Below, one piece after another: positions 9,455-18,705 of a stretch of DNA of 64,000 nucleotides. Origin of the DNA: a virus. Within the stretch, counting starts at the first letter, position 1. Each line of letters opens with the position of its first letter. The notes beneath the pieces were generated by a model. It saw only the letters and a program-made list of their open reading frames with translations, made no database searches and was not told the DNA's origin. Both the position numbers and the translations under genes were made by a program. The stretch spans positions 1 to 64,000 of the IMG/VR virus record IMGVR_UViG_3300035698_016806, one strand, 5' to 3'.

Positions 9455-10031
9455 ATTGACTCATAACACAAACTACAGTTGAAATTGTACTTTTGATATT
9501 TCTGCCAGGGAAGCTACTTTGAATTTCAGCTTCAATTTCTTTTCCAGTTTTAAGACCTTTGATCCACGCCTTTACACCAAGATTGACGATACTGGGACCG
9601 GAATCAGCTTTCTTTTTGGCCTTTGTCGCATCTGATTCAGCTTTCTTTTTGGCCTTTGTCGCATCTGATTCAGCTTTCTTTTTGACCTTTGCCGCATCTT
9701 TGGTCGCTTTGTCAGCCGCAGTTTTTGCATCTTTGTCGGCTTTCTTTTTGGATTTGTCAGCCGCTTTGTCAGCGACAGGTTTCTTTTCTGCTTCTCCGCC
9801 TTCATCTTCACCTTCCACAATATAGTTATTGTAAAAGTCAATAACCGCATCGGGCAGATCTTGCGCTTTATCATTTTCAATGAAGTCCAAAACCTTGTTG
9901 GTGAATTCAGTCACAACAACTTCTTTCTTAATACCTACAATTTTGATGGAATCTTCTTCTGCAACTTTCAGCACTTCATTAAGGGCCTTGATTGCTTCTT
10001 TAAATTCTTTTCCAGGGATTACTTTTGCCAT
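9432..10031 (-). CDS. Protein with Lys/Ala-rich, histone-H1-like repeat linker
   Basis: KKKAESDATKA repeats between an acidic N-terminal domain and a short C-terminal domain. Confidence 0.6.
   Translation of the reverse strand: MAKVIPGKEFKEAIKALNEVLKVAEEDSIKIVGIKKEVVVTEFTNKVLDFIENDKAQDLPDAVIDFYNNYIVEGEDEGGEAEKKPVADKAADKSKKKADKDAKTAADKATKDAAKVKKKAESDATKAKKKAESDATKAKKKADSGPSIVNLGVKAWIKGLKTGKEIEAEIQSSFPGRNIKSTISTVVCVMSQYDKEVEA
9604..9699. repeat. 33-bp coding tandem repeat (~2.9 copies)
   Basis: Unit tcagctttctttttggcctttgtcgcatctgat. Confidence 0.9.
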
Positions 10032-10101
10032 GTTTACTTCTCCTTCTTACACGTTACGTTAATAAAAATTATTTTACTTACTCAAAAAACTCAATAATAA
10101 T

Positions 10102-10130
10102 ATTCTAATGATTTACTAATGATAAGTCAA
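10102..10130 (-). promoter_or_regulatory. sigma70-type promoter for the MTase/radical SAM/clamp/polymerase operon
   Basis: TTGACT-17 bp-TAGAAT. Confidence 0.65.
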
Positions 10131-10171
10131 TAGAAAATATTTATTTTTAATTATTTTCTAACTGCTTATTT

Positions 10172-10348
10172 TCATTGTGGATTTAGCCCCATGAGTTGGT
10201 CATACAAGTTTTCTAATGAATTCATTTTATATTTTGCATAAGCTCTTTCATTCTTAAAACAAGTTTCCAGAACACTGGCTAACTTCTTTGCCTCAATAGC
10301 ACTCATTCTGATAATGACCTGCTCATCATCTTTAATTTCATCTGCCAT
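10172..10348 (-). CDS. Small hypothetical protein (58 aa)
   Basis: MADEIKDDEQVIIRMSAIE...; AAGGAG RBS; below the ORF-track cut-off. Confidence 0.6.
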   Translation of the reverse strand: MADEIKDDEQVIIRMSAIEAKKLASVLETCFKNERAYAKYKMNSLENLYDQLMGLNPQ

Positions 10349-10362
10349 TCTTCTCTCCTTCT

Positions 10363-10390
10363 TTTAATTAAACTACCTTATATTATGTAC
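10363..10390. repeat. 28-bp direct repeat, copy 1 (copy 2 at 11061..11088)
   Basis: tttaattaaactaccttatattatgtac, identical at both sites, flanking ORF 10395..11048. Confidence 0.9.
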
Positions 10391-10394
10391 AATG

Positions 10395-11048
10395 TTATTG
10401 GTTTACCTGAAAAAACGCTTTTGCAAAACCCTGTGAACATAAAGACCTAAAAGAAGCATCTGAATCTACACTCCCAATAAATTGCTCAAATTCCAGAATA
10501 TTAAAAACCGCAGATTTATGTAGAAACGCCAAGCTTGGTTTTGGTCTTCCAGGTCTAACATACAACAAATCATTCTTTGGGCAATTATCCCACGCTTTAT
10601 AAATTCTGTTTGGGATATTAAAGTCACCCCATAGGCTTGTTTTTTTCGTCCATGGAGAACCGAACCACCAAGGCTGGTATGAATACCTTGGGTTGCCGAG
10701 TTTTTCTTTTAATCGCCCATTGCCTGGATTCTCTATACACCAGAATTTTGGGGAACATTTGTCAATTATCCTCTTGCAATGGTCAACAAGAAACATTCCT
10801 TTATCAAGATCACCAGTTTTATGGAAACCATTTGCAGTGCTAAATTCAGTGCATACAGGGTTGGCTATAATACCATATACATTTTCAGGTGGGTTATAAT
10901 TTTCCACACCAATAGCTTCACCAATACATCTTACATCATACCCAGCCTGTTTATAAACATAAGAATCTGAACCAAGATCAGCACATAGATGTAAAATTAT
11001 TTTTCGTTTTATCTTTCGTTTCCATTTTAGTTTCCGTTTCAGTTTCAT
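10395..11048 (-). CDS. Compact C5 DNA methyltransferase-like protein
   Basis: ILHLCADLGS (motif I-like), ANPVCTEFS (PC-like), IENP (VI-like), FGSPWTKKTSLWG (VIII-like). Confidence 0.7.
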   Translation of the reverse strand: MKLKRKLKWKRKIKRKIILHLCADLGSDSYVYKQAGYDVRCIGEAIGVENYNPPENVYGIIANPVCTEFSTANGFHKTGDLDKGMFLVDHCKRIIDKCSPKFWCIENPGNGRLKEKLGNPRYSYQPWWFGSPWTKKTSLWGDFNIPNRIYKAWDNCPKNDLLYVRPGRPKPSLAFLHKSAVFNILEFEQFIGSVDSDASFRSLCSQGFAKAFFQVNQ

Positions 11049-11060
11049 TTTCCAGCCTTA

Positions 11061-11088
11061 TTTAATTAAACTACCTTATATTATGTAC
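11061..11088. repeat. 28-bp direct repeat, copy 2
   Basis: Identical to 10363..10390. Confidence 0.9.
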
Positions 11089-11121
11089 CAAGGAGCCGCT
11101 TGTTTGAGAATTCTACCTCCA

Positions 11122-13821
11122 TTAGAAACCTTTATAATACGAGTCTAAATATACTTGGCCCGCTTTAATATCCTGTAAACATATGCATTGAACACCTGGA
11201 ATAAATGGTTGTGATCGTGCTTCTGTTATTCCGTACTTTAATATACCAGCCGCTTTCTCAGCAGGGGTTTGATTTAGCCCACACATCATATTGACATGCT
11301 GGTTCTTTCCATAAAATCCTGCCTGATGCGTGGAATCAAGTGCTGTTGCCTTATGGCCTTCTTTATTTGCCTGAGTAGCTGTAATAACCAAAGCATTGAA
11401 CTCGCCAGCCATTCGTGCCATCAGTTTCCAAGCTTCATCAACTGCTCTATAGTCATCAAATTTTGAACCTACATCCAAAATATCAACATAATCAATAATG
11501 AATATATCAGGAATGAATCCATCTTTAGCTTCAAATATTTCAATGTCTCGCATCATTTTATCGTAGGTAAGTGTATATTTTGGATGAACGGACAACCTTG
11601 CATACTTATTGAATGTATTTGCCATTCCTTCATTTCTTAATTTTCCTTCAAGTAAATCTCTGACTGTGAAAATATCATCAGCTTCTCTGAATATGCTGGA
11701 ACTATAAATAGTCACATCAAATTCATGAAGATGAATTCCTTGACCTTTGCACTTAGTGCAAGGAATGTGAGTTGGATCATCTATTATTTCATCACCGTCA
11801 AGAATGATAACCCCTGAAGCTCTATCAGAACAATCTCCTGATTGATTCTTTTTGCAATCAAACACAGGGAATGGATAATCTCCAGCTTCTTCTATCATAG
11901 GTTGGAATGCCTTCATTATTCTTGGGGTGATTTCTGTTTGTGTCATCTCAACTGACCAGAAAATAGTTTTTCTCTTTTGAAGGACAGCATGTTTGTAATG
12001 ATCAACCAAGGTAAAGCTATTGTGTACAATAAACCCATCAGAAATAAAATTATGATTATCTTCTACTGATATATCATACATTTTTACTTTATCTTTTCTT
12101 TTAATTGATATTATAGAATCCCATAAAAGATCGTTGTTTAATGCTTTGTGATCAAATCCCATAACTTTTGAAAAAGTAAACCTTGATAAATGTTTATTAT
12201 CCTTGTAGGCTTTCCTAAAAGTTTCATTGGCAGCAATAGGTAATCCTCTTGCAATTAAATCATCACCAGCTTCTTTCACAAATTCTTTTGGTATACAATC
12301 AATATAATCTCTTTTCGGAATTAAATCTTTCACAAATTCCTTTGCTTTGGCAGCTTTGTGAAAAGAGAACCCTATCTTATTTACAAAATCAAGAACTCCT
12401 TGGTTACTCGAAATAATAATTTCATAATAAGTAGTCCCATTAACTATTTTTTCACGTAATTTACCAAAAATATTAAATCTATTCAGACAACAAAGGATTT
12501 GTTGAGCAAGCATATGACTTTTTGTAGAATAATCAACATGAACACAATTTCTGTCCATCCATATTGATCCATCACAGATGAATAGAGTATTTAGGAATAT
12601 TGTCATAGATTCATTATTAGATTGCATTACAATATCGGGGATAAATTTATCCCCTGATAATTTATCTTTTAAACCAACTGATTTTATAAATTTAGTGACT
12701 TTTCCAACATGTAATCGTATTTCTTTCCCTTCTCTCTCCATTCTGTAGGCATCAGATTTTGGAAGATTGTTAATAAAATCATCCATAATTTCTGTAGAGT
12801 ATTTTGTAAATGATATTGTTTTATTTGCTAAATGCCCATCAGCAATTAAATAAGCAAGAATTTTTAGCTTCTTTGGGTTTATAAATTTATCTGAAAAATT
12901 AGGAATAAATTTACTCATAGCAACACGATCATCAACTTTTAATTCTTTTAATCTTTTCCATCCAGTAGGTGTGTAGAATTTATGATCTTTTGAAGTAATT
13001 ATTTTTCTGCCTGATTTTGTTGTAATTTCATATTCATCTTTTTCTCCTGAGTACATCCAATCAGTAATCTTTCCCTTAACAATATTATGCTTTTTATCCA
13101 TGCAAAGGATACCAGATATTCCAAGACGAACTACATCTTTGATTTTCATGATACGTCCGTCTGCAAGATATACAAGAGAATTTTCTTCCACGCATTTCCC
13201 TCTTTTTGCTGGAGCATAATAACCGACAACATCACCACGTTTATAATTCCCAAGATATCTTCCAAGATCACCAGGAAGTTGGAAGAAGTTTTTATCCTCT
13301 TCTTCTCGTTTCCTATATATTTCCATGATTTGGTTGACATCACCAAGATTTATCAGATTTCCAGAATCAAGATCCAGAGTTACTTTCTTGAATCTATTGA
13401 TTTCATCTTCAGCTTCATCGTACTCTCCCTTTTCCTTCAGAACGGAAACATTATTTACCACAATTTCTAATTCTCTTTTGCGGAAATAGTCAACAGCGCA
13501 ATCTTTTAAGTACTGAACATTGATTGACTCTTCATCATATTGCTCAGATAACTGTTTTAAAAGCTCTGAGATCAATTCTGAGTCCGATTCTTTCAGTTTG
13601 AGTACCTCAGTATCAAATATGTCGCTAATGTGCTTGTAAGGGGCTTTAGAATGCTCCGCATAAAATTCAACACACCACGTAGCAATTGTTTTCAGATAAG
13701 AGTTTACAAAATAGTCAAGTTGAAATACTGGAATAATATCTTTAATAAATTGAGTTGATGTTATTAATCCAGTGACCACTCTTTTCTCTTCTACCACAGA
13801 CACACTTCTTTCAATGATCAT
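11122..13821 (-). CDS. dnaB: DnaB-like replicative helicase with a P-loop intein
   Basis: APAKRGK/S Walker A split by the intein; WSVEMT; IIDYVDIL; ITATQAN. Confidence 0.88.
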   Translation of the reverse strand: MIIERSVSVVEEKRVVTGLITSTQFIKDIIPVFQLDYFVNSYLKTIATWCVEFYAEHSKAPYKHISDIFDTEVLKLKESDSELISELLKQLSEQYDEESINVQYLKDCAVDYFRKRELEIVVNNVSVLKEKGEYDEAEDEINRFKKVTLDLDSGNLINLGDVNQIMEIYRKREEEDKNFFQLPGDLGRYLGNYKRGDVVGYYAPAKRGKCVEENSLVYLADGRIMKIKDVVRLGISGILCMDKKHNIVKGKITDWMYSGEKDEYEITTKSGRKIITSKDHKFYTPTGWKRLKELKVDDRVAMSKFIPNFSDKFINPKKLKILAYLIADGHLANKTISFTKYSTEIMDDFINNLPKSDAYRMEREGKEIRLHVGKVTKFIKSVGLKDKLSGDKFIPDIVMQSNNESMTIFLNTLFICDGSIWMDRNCVHVDYSTKSHMLAQQILCCLNRFNIFGKLREKIVNGTTYYEIIISSNQGVLDFVNKIGFSFHKAAKAKEFVKDLIPKRDYIDCIPKEFVKEAGDDLIARGLPIAANETFRKAYKDNKHLSRFTFSKVMGFDHKALNNDLLWDSIISIKRKDKVKMYDISVEDNHNFISDGFIVHNSFTLVDHYKHAVLQKRKTIFWSVEMTQTEITPRIMKAFQPMIEEAGDYPFPVFDCKKNQSGDCSDRASGVIILDGDEIIDDPTHIPCTKCKGQGIHLHEFDVTIYSSSIFREADDIFTVRDLLEGKLRNEGMANTFNKYARLSVHPKYTLTYDKMMRDIEIFEAKDGFIPDIFIIDYVDILDVGSKFDDYRAVDEAWKLMARMAGEFNALVITATQANKEGHKATALDSTHQAGFYGKNQHVNMMCGLNQTPAEKAAGILKYGITEARSQPFIPGVQCICLQDIKAGQVYLDSYYKGF
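12019..13194 (-). mobile_element. Intein 3 (392 aa) with LAGLIDADG endonuclease
   Basis: Starts CVEENS; TSKDHKF; LAYLIADG and LNTLFICDG; ends MYDISVEDNHNFISDGFIVHN followed by Ser. Confidence 0.93.
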
Positions 13822-15278
13822 ACAATTACCTTCTTGGAAAGAGTCATATTAATTCCATTCGTCTTTTTTCTCATTATGTTATATTTTAGAACATGTTCCA
13901 ATAACTCATCAGCGAATTTTGGTTTTGTTATCCATCTCCAATTAAAATCAATTTTATTTTGTTTTTCATTTTTAATAAATTCAGAGGCTACGGATATAAT
14001 CCCATAAGCATATCCATTCATTGTAGATTTCCCATTAAAGAATACGTGTTTGTTTTCAATTGGTAAGATTCGTTCTGCAATTTTATTTATATCGTTTGCA
14101 TGAAGCTTATCAATGTCAGTGCATTTTCTTTGGCCAAGAGATTTGAACAATATTTTGCCTTGCTCATTTAATTCACCAGTAATTCCTCTTTTCATAGCAG
14201 AATGCCAATTAATCAAAGGGGACCAAGAATCACTTCCATTAAATCCTTGTGTGAAAATGAAATTACCTATATTTTTTATTGATTTAATTTTTGAATGTTC
14301 AAGCTGAAATTTAAATGCATCAAGGAGATCATCAATAGTCCATTTATAATTGTCATATTCATTAATTATATTGTTTGCAAATTTATATGGGATTTCACAG
14401 ACTGGGGAAAATAAAGCATGAAGTTTATCAAGAGAGTTAAATCCTGTCTGCTGAACAAACAATCCTGTTTTTGGATCTTTCTTATGATTTGTTGCTCCAG
14501 CATTTACCAATTCAGAATAATTTCTTAGATCAATGGTTGAATGTTTATATTTAGCAATGAGTTTCTTTTTTGGTTTAGCAGATGATTTATTTACTTGTCG
14601 GTCAGAAGTATCTTTTTGTTTATCAATGGGTTTTACAATAGGTCTTATGATCTTCTTAGGAACTCTATTGTTCAATGGATCATTACCATTTTTATTTGTT
14701 TCGCCAGAAACAACATCTTTTAATTTATTAAAAGACTTCCCCTTGACCCTCTTGCACATGACTTTCTTTTGTTTGTTATTTTTAACAACACCCCTACTGT
14801 TATTTTTAACAACACCCCTACTGTTATTTTTAACAACAGGGTCAGAAGTATTTTTTTCTTTTTTTATAGTATTTTTTTTCAGTTTATTTTTTTCCATTTC
14901 ATCAATAATTTCTTGATCAATTGTCCCTGTTTCATATATCATTGAATATAAAAAAATATATTCACTTGGCTGATTATTTGGATCTACAACTTTATCATTT
15001 GGGATATATGGTTTTGTTATTATTAATTTTAATTGTTTTAGTTCGCTGATTATTCTATCTAATTTACTTACTTTCCAGGAACAGGCTTTTGCTAAAGTTT
15101 TTCTTCCAGGATAAGCCTTACCATTTTTTCCAGCATACCTGAATAATCTTCCCATTAAAATTTTTGCTTGGTCTGACATTTGATCACATTCTACAATAGG
15201 TTCTGGAATGAATATTCCATTATATCTAAAATAAGGATTAAATGGTTCTTCAACAGTTAAAATTGTTTTATGTGGCAT
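13818..15278 (-). CDS. Phage replication initiator (N-terminal winged HTH)
   Basis: AKILMGRLFRYAGKNGKAYPGRKTLAK...ELKQLKLI; internal iterons; directly upstream of dnaB; GGAGGTG RBS before ATG 15278. Confidence 0.75.
   Translation of the reverse strand: MPHKTILTVEEPFNPYFRYNGIFIPEPIVECDQMSDQAKILMGRLFRYAGKNGKAYPGRKTLAKACSWKVSKLDRIISELKQLKLIITKPYIPNDKVVDPNNQPSEYIFLYSMIYETGTIDQEIIDEMEKNKLKKNTIKKEKNTSDPVVKNNSRGVVKNNSRGVVKNNKQKKVMCKRVKGKSFNKLKDVVSGETNKNGNDPLNNRVPKKIIRPIVKPIDKQKDTSDRQVNKSSAKPKKKLIAKYKHSTIDLRNYSELVNAGATNHKKDPKTGLFVQQTGFNSLDKLHALFSPVCEIPYKFANNIINEYDNYKWTIDDLLDAFKFQLEHSKIKSIKNIGNFIFTQGFNGSDSWSPLINWHSAMKRGITGELNEQGKILFKSLGQRKCTDIDKLHANDINKIAERILPIENKHVFFNGKSTMNGYAYGIISVASEFIKNEKQNKIDFNWRWITKPKFADELLEHVLKYNIMRKKTNGINMTLSKKVIV
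14774..14838. repeat. 24-bp iterons (2.7 copies), putative replication origin
   Basis: Unit tgttatttttaacaacacccctac with an internal TGTTA-N4-TAACA inverted repeat; AT-rich tract adjacent (14850-14895). Confidence 0.7.
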
Positions 15279-15279
15279 T

Positions 15280-15849
15280 TCACACCTCCCAATATTCTTC
15301 AGTAATTTCTGGATATCCGGCACTGTTCATTTGTATATCAATATAATCAGGGCGATGTAAATGTTTACATATTTCATGAATTACTTCAGTTGTAATATCC
15401 TTATTGCTTGGAATTAGTGGACTTAGATCAAAGTATTCCTCTTTGATATTGCTCGGCATTCTTCTTAGTAGCCATTCAAAGGCTTTTTCTCTCGGGTATT
15501 CTATTTTGTCGAAACATAGAAATTTTGAAGACCACACCCATCCTTTTTCAGATTTGAAATTATAAGATGCTTTTAGAATTTTTTCACCATTCTTTTTATG
15601 AATAGAATAGGTTACTTGTTTTACAGAGTATCTGCCCCCGATTGTTTTATCCTCACTTTCTTCTTCCTGAACAGTAAAAAGCTCTCCATTAATTAATTTA
15701 TACGTATTAATTTCATGAATATCTAAATCTATAATTGTGGAATTGTTTTTGCAGGATTTTAAATAATTTGTTACTTGTGATTCGGTATTCGATTGAAGAA
15801 CATAAGGAATAGTTCCATTATCGTTTGAAATTATTAAGAACTCTTTCAT
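15280..15849 (-). CDS. Hypothetical protein
   Basis: 189-aa ORF with AAGGAG RBS. Confidence 0.7.
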   Translation of the reverse strand: MKEFLIISNDNGTIPYVLQSNTESQVTNYLKSCKNNSTIIDLDIHEINTYKLINGELFTVQEEESEDKTIGGRYSVKQVTYSIHKKNGEKILKASYNFKSEKGWVWSSKFLCFDKIEYPREKAFEWLLRRMPSNIKEEYFDLSPLIPSNKDITTEVIHEICKHLHRPDYIDIQMNSAGYPEITEEYWEV

Positions 15850-15870
15850 AAAAACTCCTTAAATACAAAA

Positions 15871-16045
15871 ACCTCTTTAGAGGCACTTGGTAGAATGATT
15901 AGAGTTCATTGCTGGTAACAACTTACTCAGGGCACCAAGGCCCTCTAAAGAGGTCTTTAGAGTTGTAACCATTCCGTTGTTATTCAAATCGAGATTTGCC
16001 CAAATCTCTAAAGTCAATTAACTCGCATTTACCAGATGCTCAAAC
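15871..16045 (-). ncRNA. Putative structured antisense/attenuator leader RNA (C4/CI-like architecture)
   Basis: Hairpin loops CTGGTAA and GGGC(A), plus GAATGGTT, have complementary targets inside a downstream 13-bp stem followed by a U-tract. Confidence 0.5.
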
Positions 16046-16119
16046 GCTAATCACTTTTACTTTCAAACTGCATTTTAACATAATCAGTATGCTTAATCAA
16101 GCATTATATACATTTAATG

Positions 16120-16701
16120 TCAAGAACTTTTAATCATATCATCAATTTTATTGATTTTCTTGACCAAAACCTTGTTTTCTTCTTTAACTTTAGTATATTT
16201 AACCATCAGAGCATTGTATTTCTTCTCTAATGTCTTGTGCTTCTTTTCCCATAATAGTTGTTTTTCTGGTTTAATATCTTTTACCTTACGCCCCCTCAAT
16301 CCAGCAGATGCGAGAAGTGCATAAAAACTGGAGACTGGACGTTTCCCCGCTACTTTAAGAATAAATGTTCTGTGTTCTGGACTGAGTGATTTGTAGCAAA
16401 CCATATTGACATGTCCGTGTTGTATGTATAGACTTCTGCCATTTGGGTATTTAAGAAATATATCCATATTAGTAAACCATGTTGTTGATCTATTGAAGAT
16501 ATCGTACATCAATGCGCTAAATACTTTATCTTTGTATCCAATTAATTCTTCAGAACCCACATAAAAGGAATCTTTTGTCCATAATTCTTGTAAGGATATT
16601 GCTTGTAAATGCAAGAACAACAGAACTTCACACTCGTTTGATTTGTTAGCCAGTCCTTTTGAGTAATTCATACTGCTTACTAATGTTGTTGGGTTTTTCA
16701 T
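16120..16701 (-). CDS. Hypothetical protein with coiled-coil C-terminus
   Basis: 193-aa ORF with AAGGAG RBS. Confidence 0.7.
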   Translation of the reverse strand: MKNPTTLVSSMNYSKGLANKSNECEVLLFLHLQAISLQELWTKDSFYVGSEELIGYKDKVFSALMYDIFNRSTTWFTNMDIFLKYPNGRSLYIQHGHVNMVCYKSLSPEHRTFILKVAGKRPVSSFYALLASAGLRGRKVKDIKPEKQLLWEKKHKTLEKKYNALMVKYTKVKEENKVLVKKINKIDDMIKSS

Positions 16702-16716
16702 GATAATTTCTCCTTG

Positions 16717-17721
16717 TTAAAAGTTTATGTTTTGTGTTGCCTCTATGATCTTTGATGATTCATTTTTGCTAATTCCATAATCTTTTTTGAATTTCATTGT
16801 TACTTTTTTGGCGTTTTTTTCTTGTTCTATTCGTATTATTTCCTCCCTTCTCTGCTTTAGTTTTGGTATAAGAAGTTCTTTTCGTTTCATTACGGCTTCG
16901 TTTTTAAGCCATAATTCACCCCATTCATTAGTCCCTCTACCACATCTAAAATCATATCCTGTTGGATACCATGAAATAGCTAATCCTATATTTTGTTCCA
17001 GTATATTTATTGAATCTTGATCTTCAACATATTTAGTGAATTCTATTTCTATAAAAACTCTTGATAAACAAGAATCATATATATTGATTATTGCACATGT
17101 CTCATCAAATGCTTTAAATAAATTCCAACATTCTAATACAATTTTTTGTGTTTTTATTTGTTCCCGTATGACAAGATAAATTAATTTTTCACATTTTTGA
17201 ATGTTTTCTATGGATATCCAATGTTCTCTGTCATATTTTTTATTCCTGACATCTTCAACATATCCCAATAGTATTGTGAATTCGTTGGTACGGAATCCCA
17301 TTTTATTAAACATTCTTGAAACATTGTTTGAAATATTTTCACACCTATCTACTGCTCTTTTTGCTTTTCTTGCTTCTTTTGACAATATTCTTATTATGTT
17401 TGAATTGCGTTTAATTTTTCTTTTGGTGCTTTCCCCTGTTCTTATTTTCTCAATAGTACTTTCAAGATACTTAATAATTTTTTCTTGGCTTTTATACCAA
17501 CTAATATCTTCTTTATTTTCAATTCTTTCTAAAATTATATCAGATAATTTTTTTGATGTTTCGTGGAGTCCATCTTTGGTAGGAATTGTAAAACCCATCA
17601 CAATTTCATGATCTTCTATTTTGCAATCTATCCCCACGTCTTTGAGTTTATCTTTTATACTATCTTCCAGAAATTGCTCTGTTAAGTCAGAAATGCTTGC
17701 ATAGTATTTTGAAAGATCCAT
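16717..17721 (-). CDS. Hypothetical protein
   Basis: 334-aa ORF in the operon. Confidence 0.7.
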   Translation of the reverse strand: MDLSKYYASISDLTEQFLEDSIKDKLKDVGIDCKIEDHEIVMGFTIPTKDGLHETSKKLSDIILERIENKEDISWYKSQEKIIKYLESTIEKIRTGESTKRKIKRNSNIIRILSKEARKAKRAVDRCENISNNVSRMFNKMGFRTNEFTILLGYVEDVRNKKYDREHWISIENIQKCEKLIYLVIREQIKTQKIVLECWNLFKAFDETCAIINIYDSCLSRVFIEIEFTKYVEDQDSINILEQNIGLAISWYPTGYDFRCGRGTNEWGELWLKNEAVMKRKELLIPKLKQRREEIIRIEQEKNAKKVTMKFKKDYGISKNESSKIIEATQNINF

Positions 17722-17753
17722 TGTTTAATTTCCCCATATATTGTTAAGCTTAT

Positions 17754-18695
17754 TTATTTCCCTATCAACCTTCTGATATATTTAATATCTCCTTTTGATA
17801 AATTATCAGGATCTTTACCATCCGGCAGATCAACTATTTTACAATCACAAAAAGGTGCCAGATCGTTAGCCAGATTCTCACTTGAAGTACGCCCAGCGGA
17901 ATCTCCATCGAAAGCAATTACAACTGTTTGAAATTTGGATAGTAATCTTTTCTGTTCTGATGTTATTTTTACTCCAAATCCACATACAGCCCCATCCCCA
18001 ATACGCATCATATCAAAGAGTCCTTCAACTAAAATACAACTATTTCCATCAGTGAACTCTAATCCGAGAAGATAATCTTTAATTGGAATAACTGATTTTT
18101 CTTCTGACAAATGTTTATATCTCAAGTTTGAATCATCTGAAATCGAAACACTGGTAAATGTAATTAATTTATATCTTTTGATAACCGGGACTATTATTCT
18201 ATTTCTCCATTCCCCTCCAGTAGGACCAACAAAATGAAGATTGAATTTTTCTGTCAATTCCTTGTGATCATATCCCCTGCCTTCCAGGTATGATTCGTGG
18301 TACACTGAAATCTCTTTCTTGGCATTTTCTGGAAGCTCAACTGTAATGGCTCGTTCACGTTCTTCTGCTTCAAATGACCGCAACTCTCTTGGGACAGAAT
18401 CCCCGAGAATTGTGATTGCTTTTTGGAAAGAACCTAACTCTTCAATAAAATAAGTGAGTATATTTCCAATCTTTCCACATTTTAGGCAGCTTATCACAGG
18501 GGATTTCAAACAGATGCCTAAATGATATCCATGATCATTACCACAGAATGGGCAACAAACACCTATCCAACCAGTTCCAACATTTTTTCCTGATTCTCGG
18601 TAATCAATGCCAATTTCATCAAGAACGGAGCGAATATCAATATACTCTAATTGGATTTTTCCTTTTGGCTTTCCTTTCTTCTGGACATGTCTCAT
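17754..18695 (-). CDS. DNA primase (zinc finger + TOPRIM)
   Basis: CPFC...CLKC; LVEGLFD; AFDGDSAG; KDPD. Confidence 0.9.
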   Translation of the reverse strand: MRHVQKKGKPKGKIQLEYIDIRSVLDEIGIDYRESGKNVGTGWIGVCCPFCGNDHGYHLGICLKSPVISCLKCGKIGNILTYFIEELGSFQKAITILGDSVPRELRSFEAEERERAITVELPENAKKEISVYHESYLEGRGYDHKELTEKFNLHFVGPTGGEWRNRIIVPVIKRYKLITFTSVSISDDSNLRYKHLSEEKSVIPIKDYLLGLEFTDGNSCILVEGLFDMMRIGDGAVCGFGVKITSEQKRLLSKFQTVVIAFDGDSAGRTSSENLANDLAPFCDCKIVDLPDGKDPDNLSKGDIKYIRRLIGK

Positions 18696-18705
18696 TTATA
18701 ATCCT

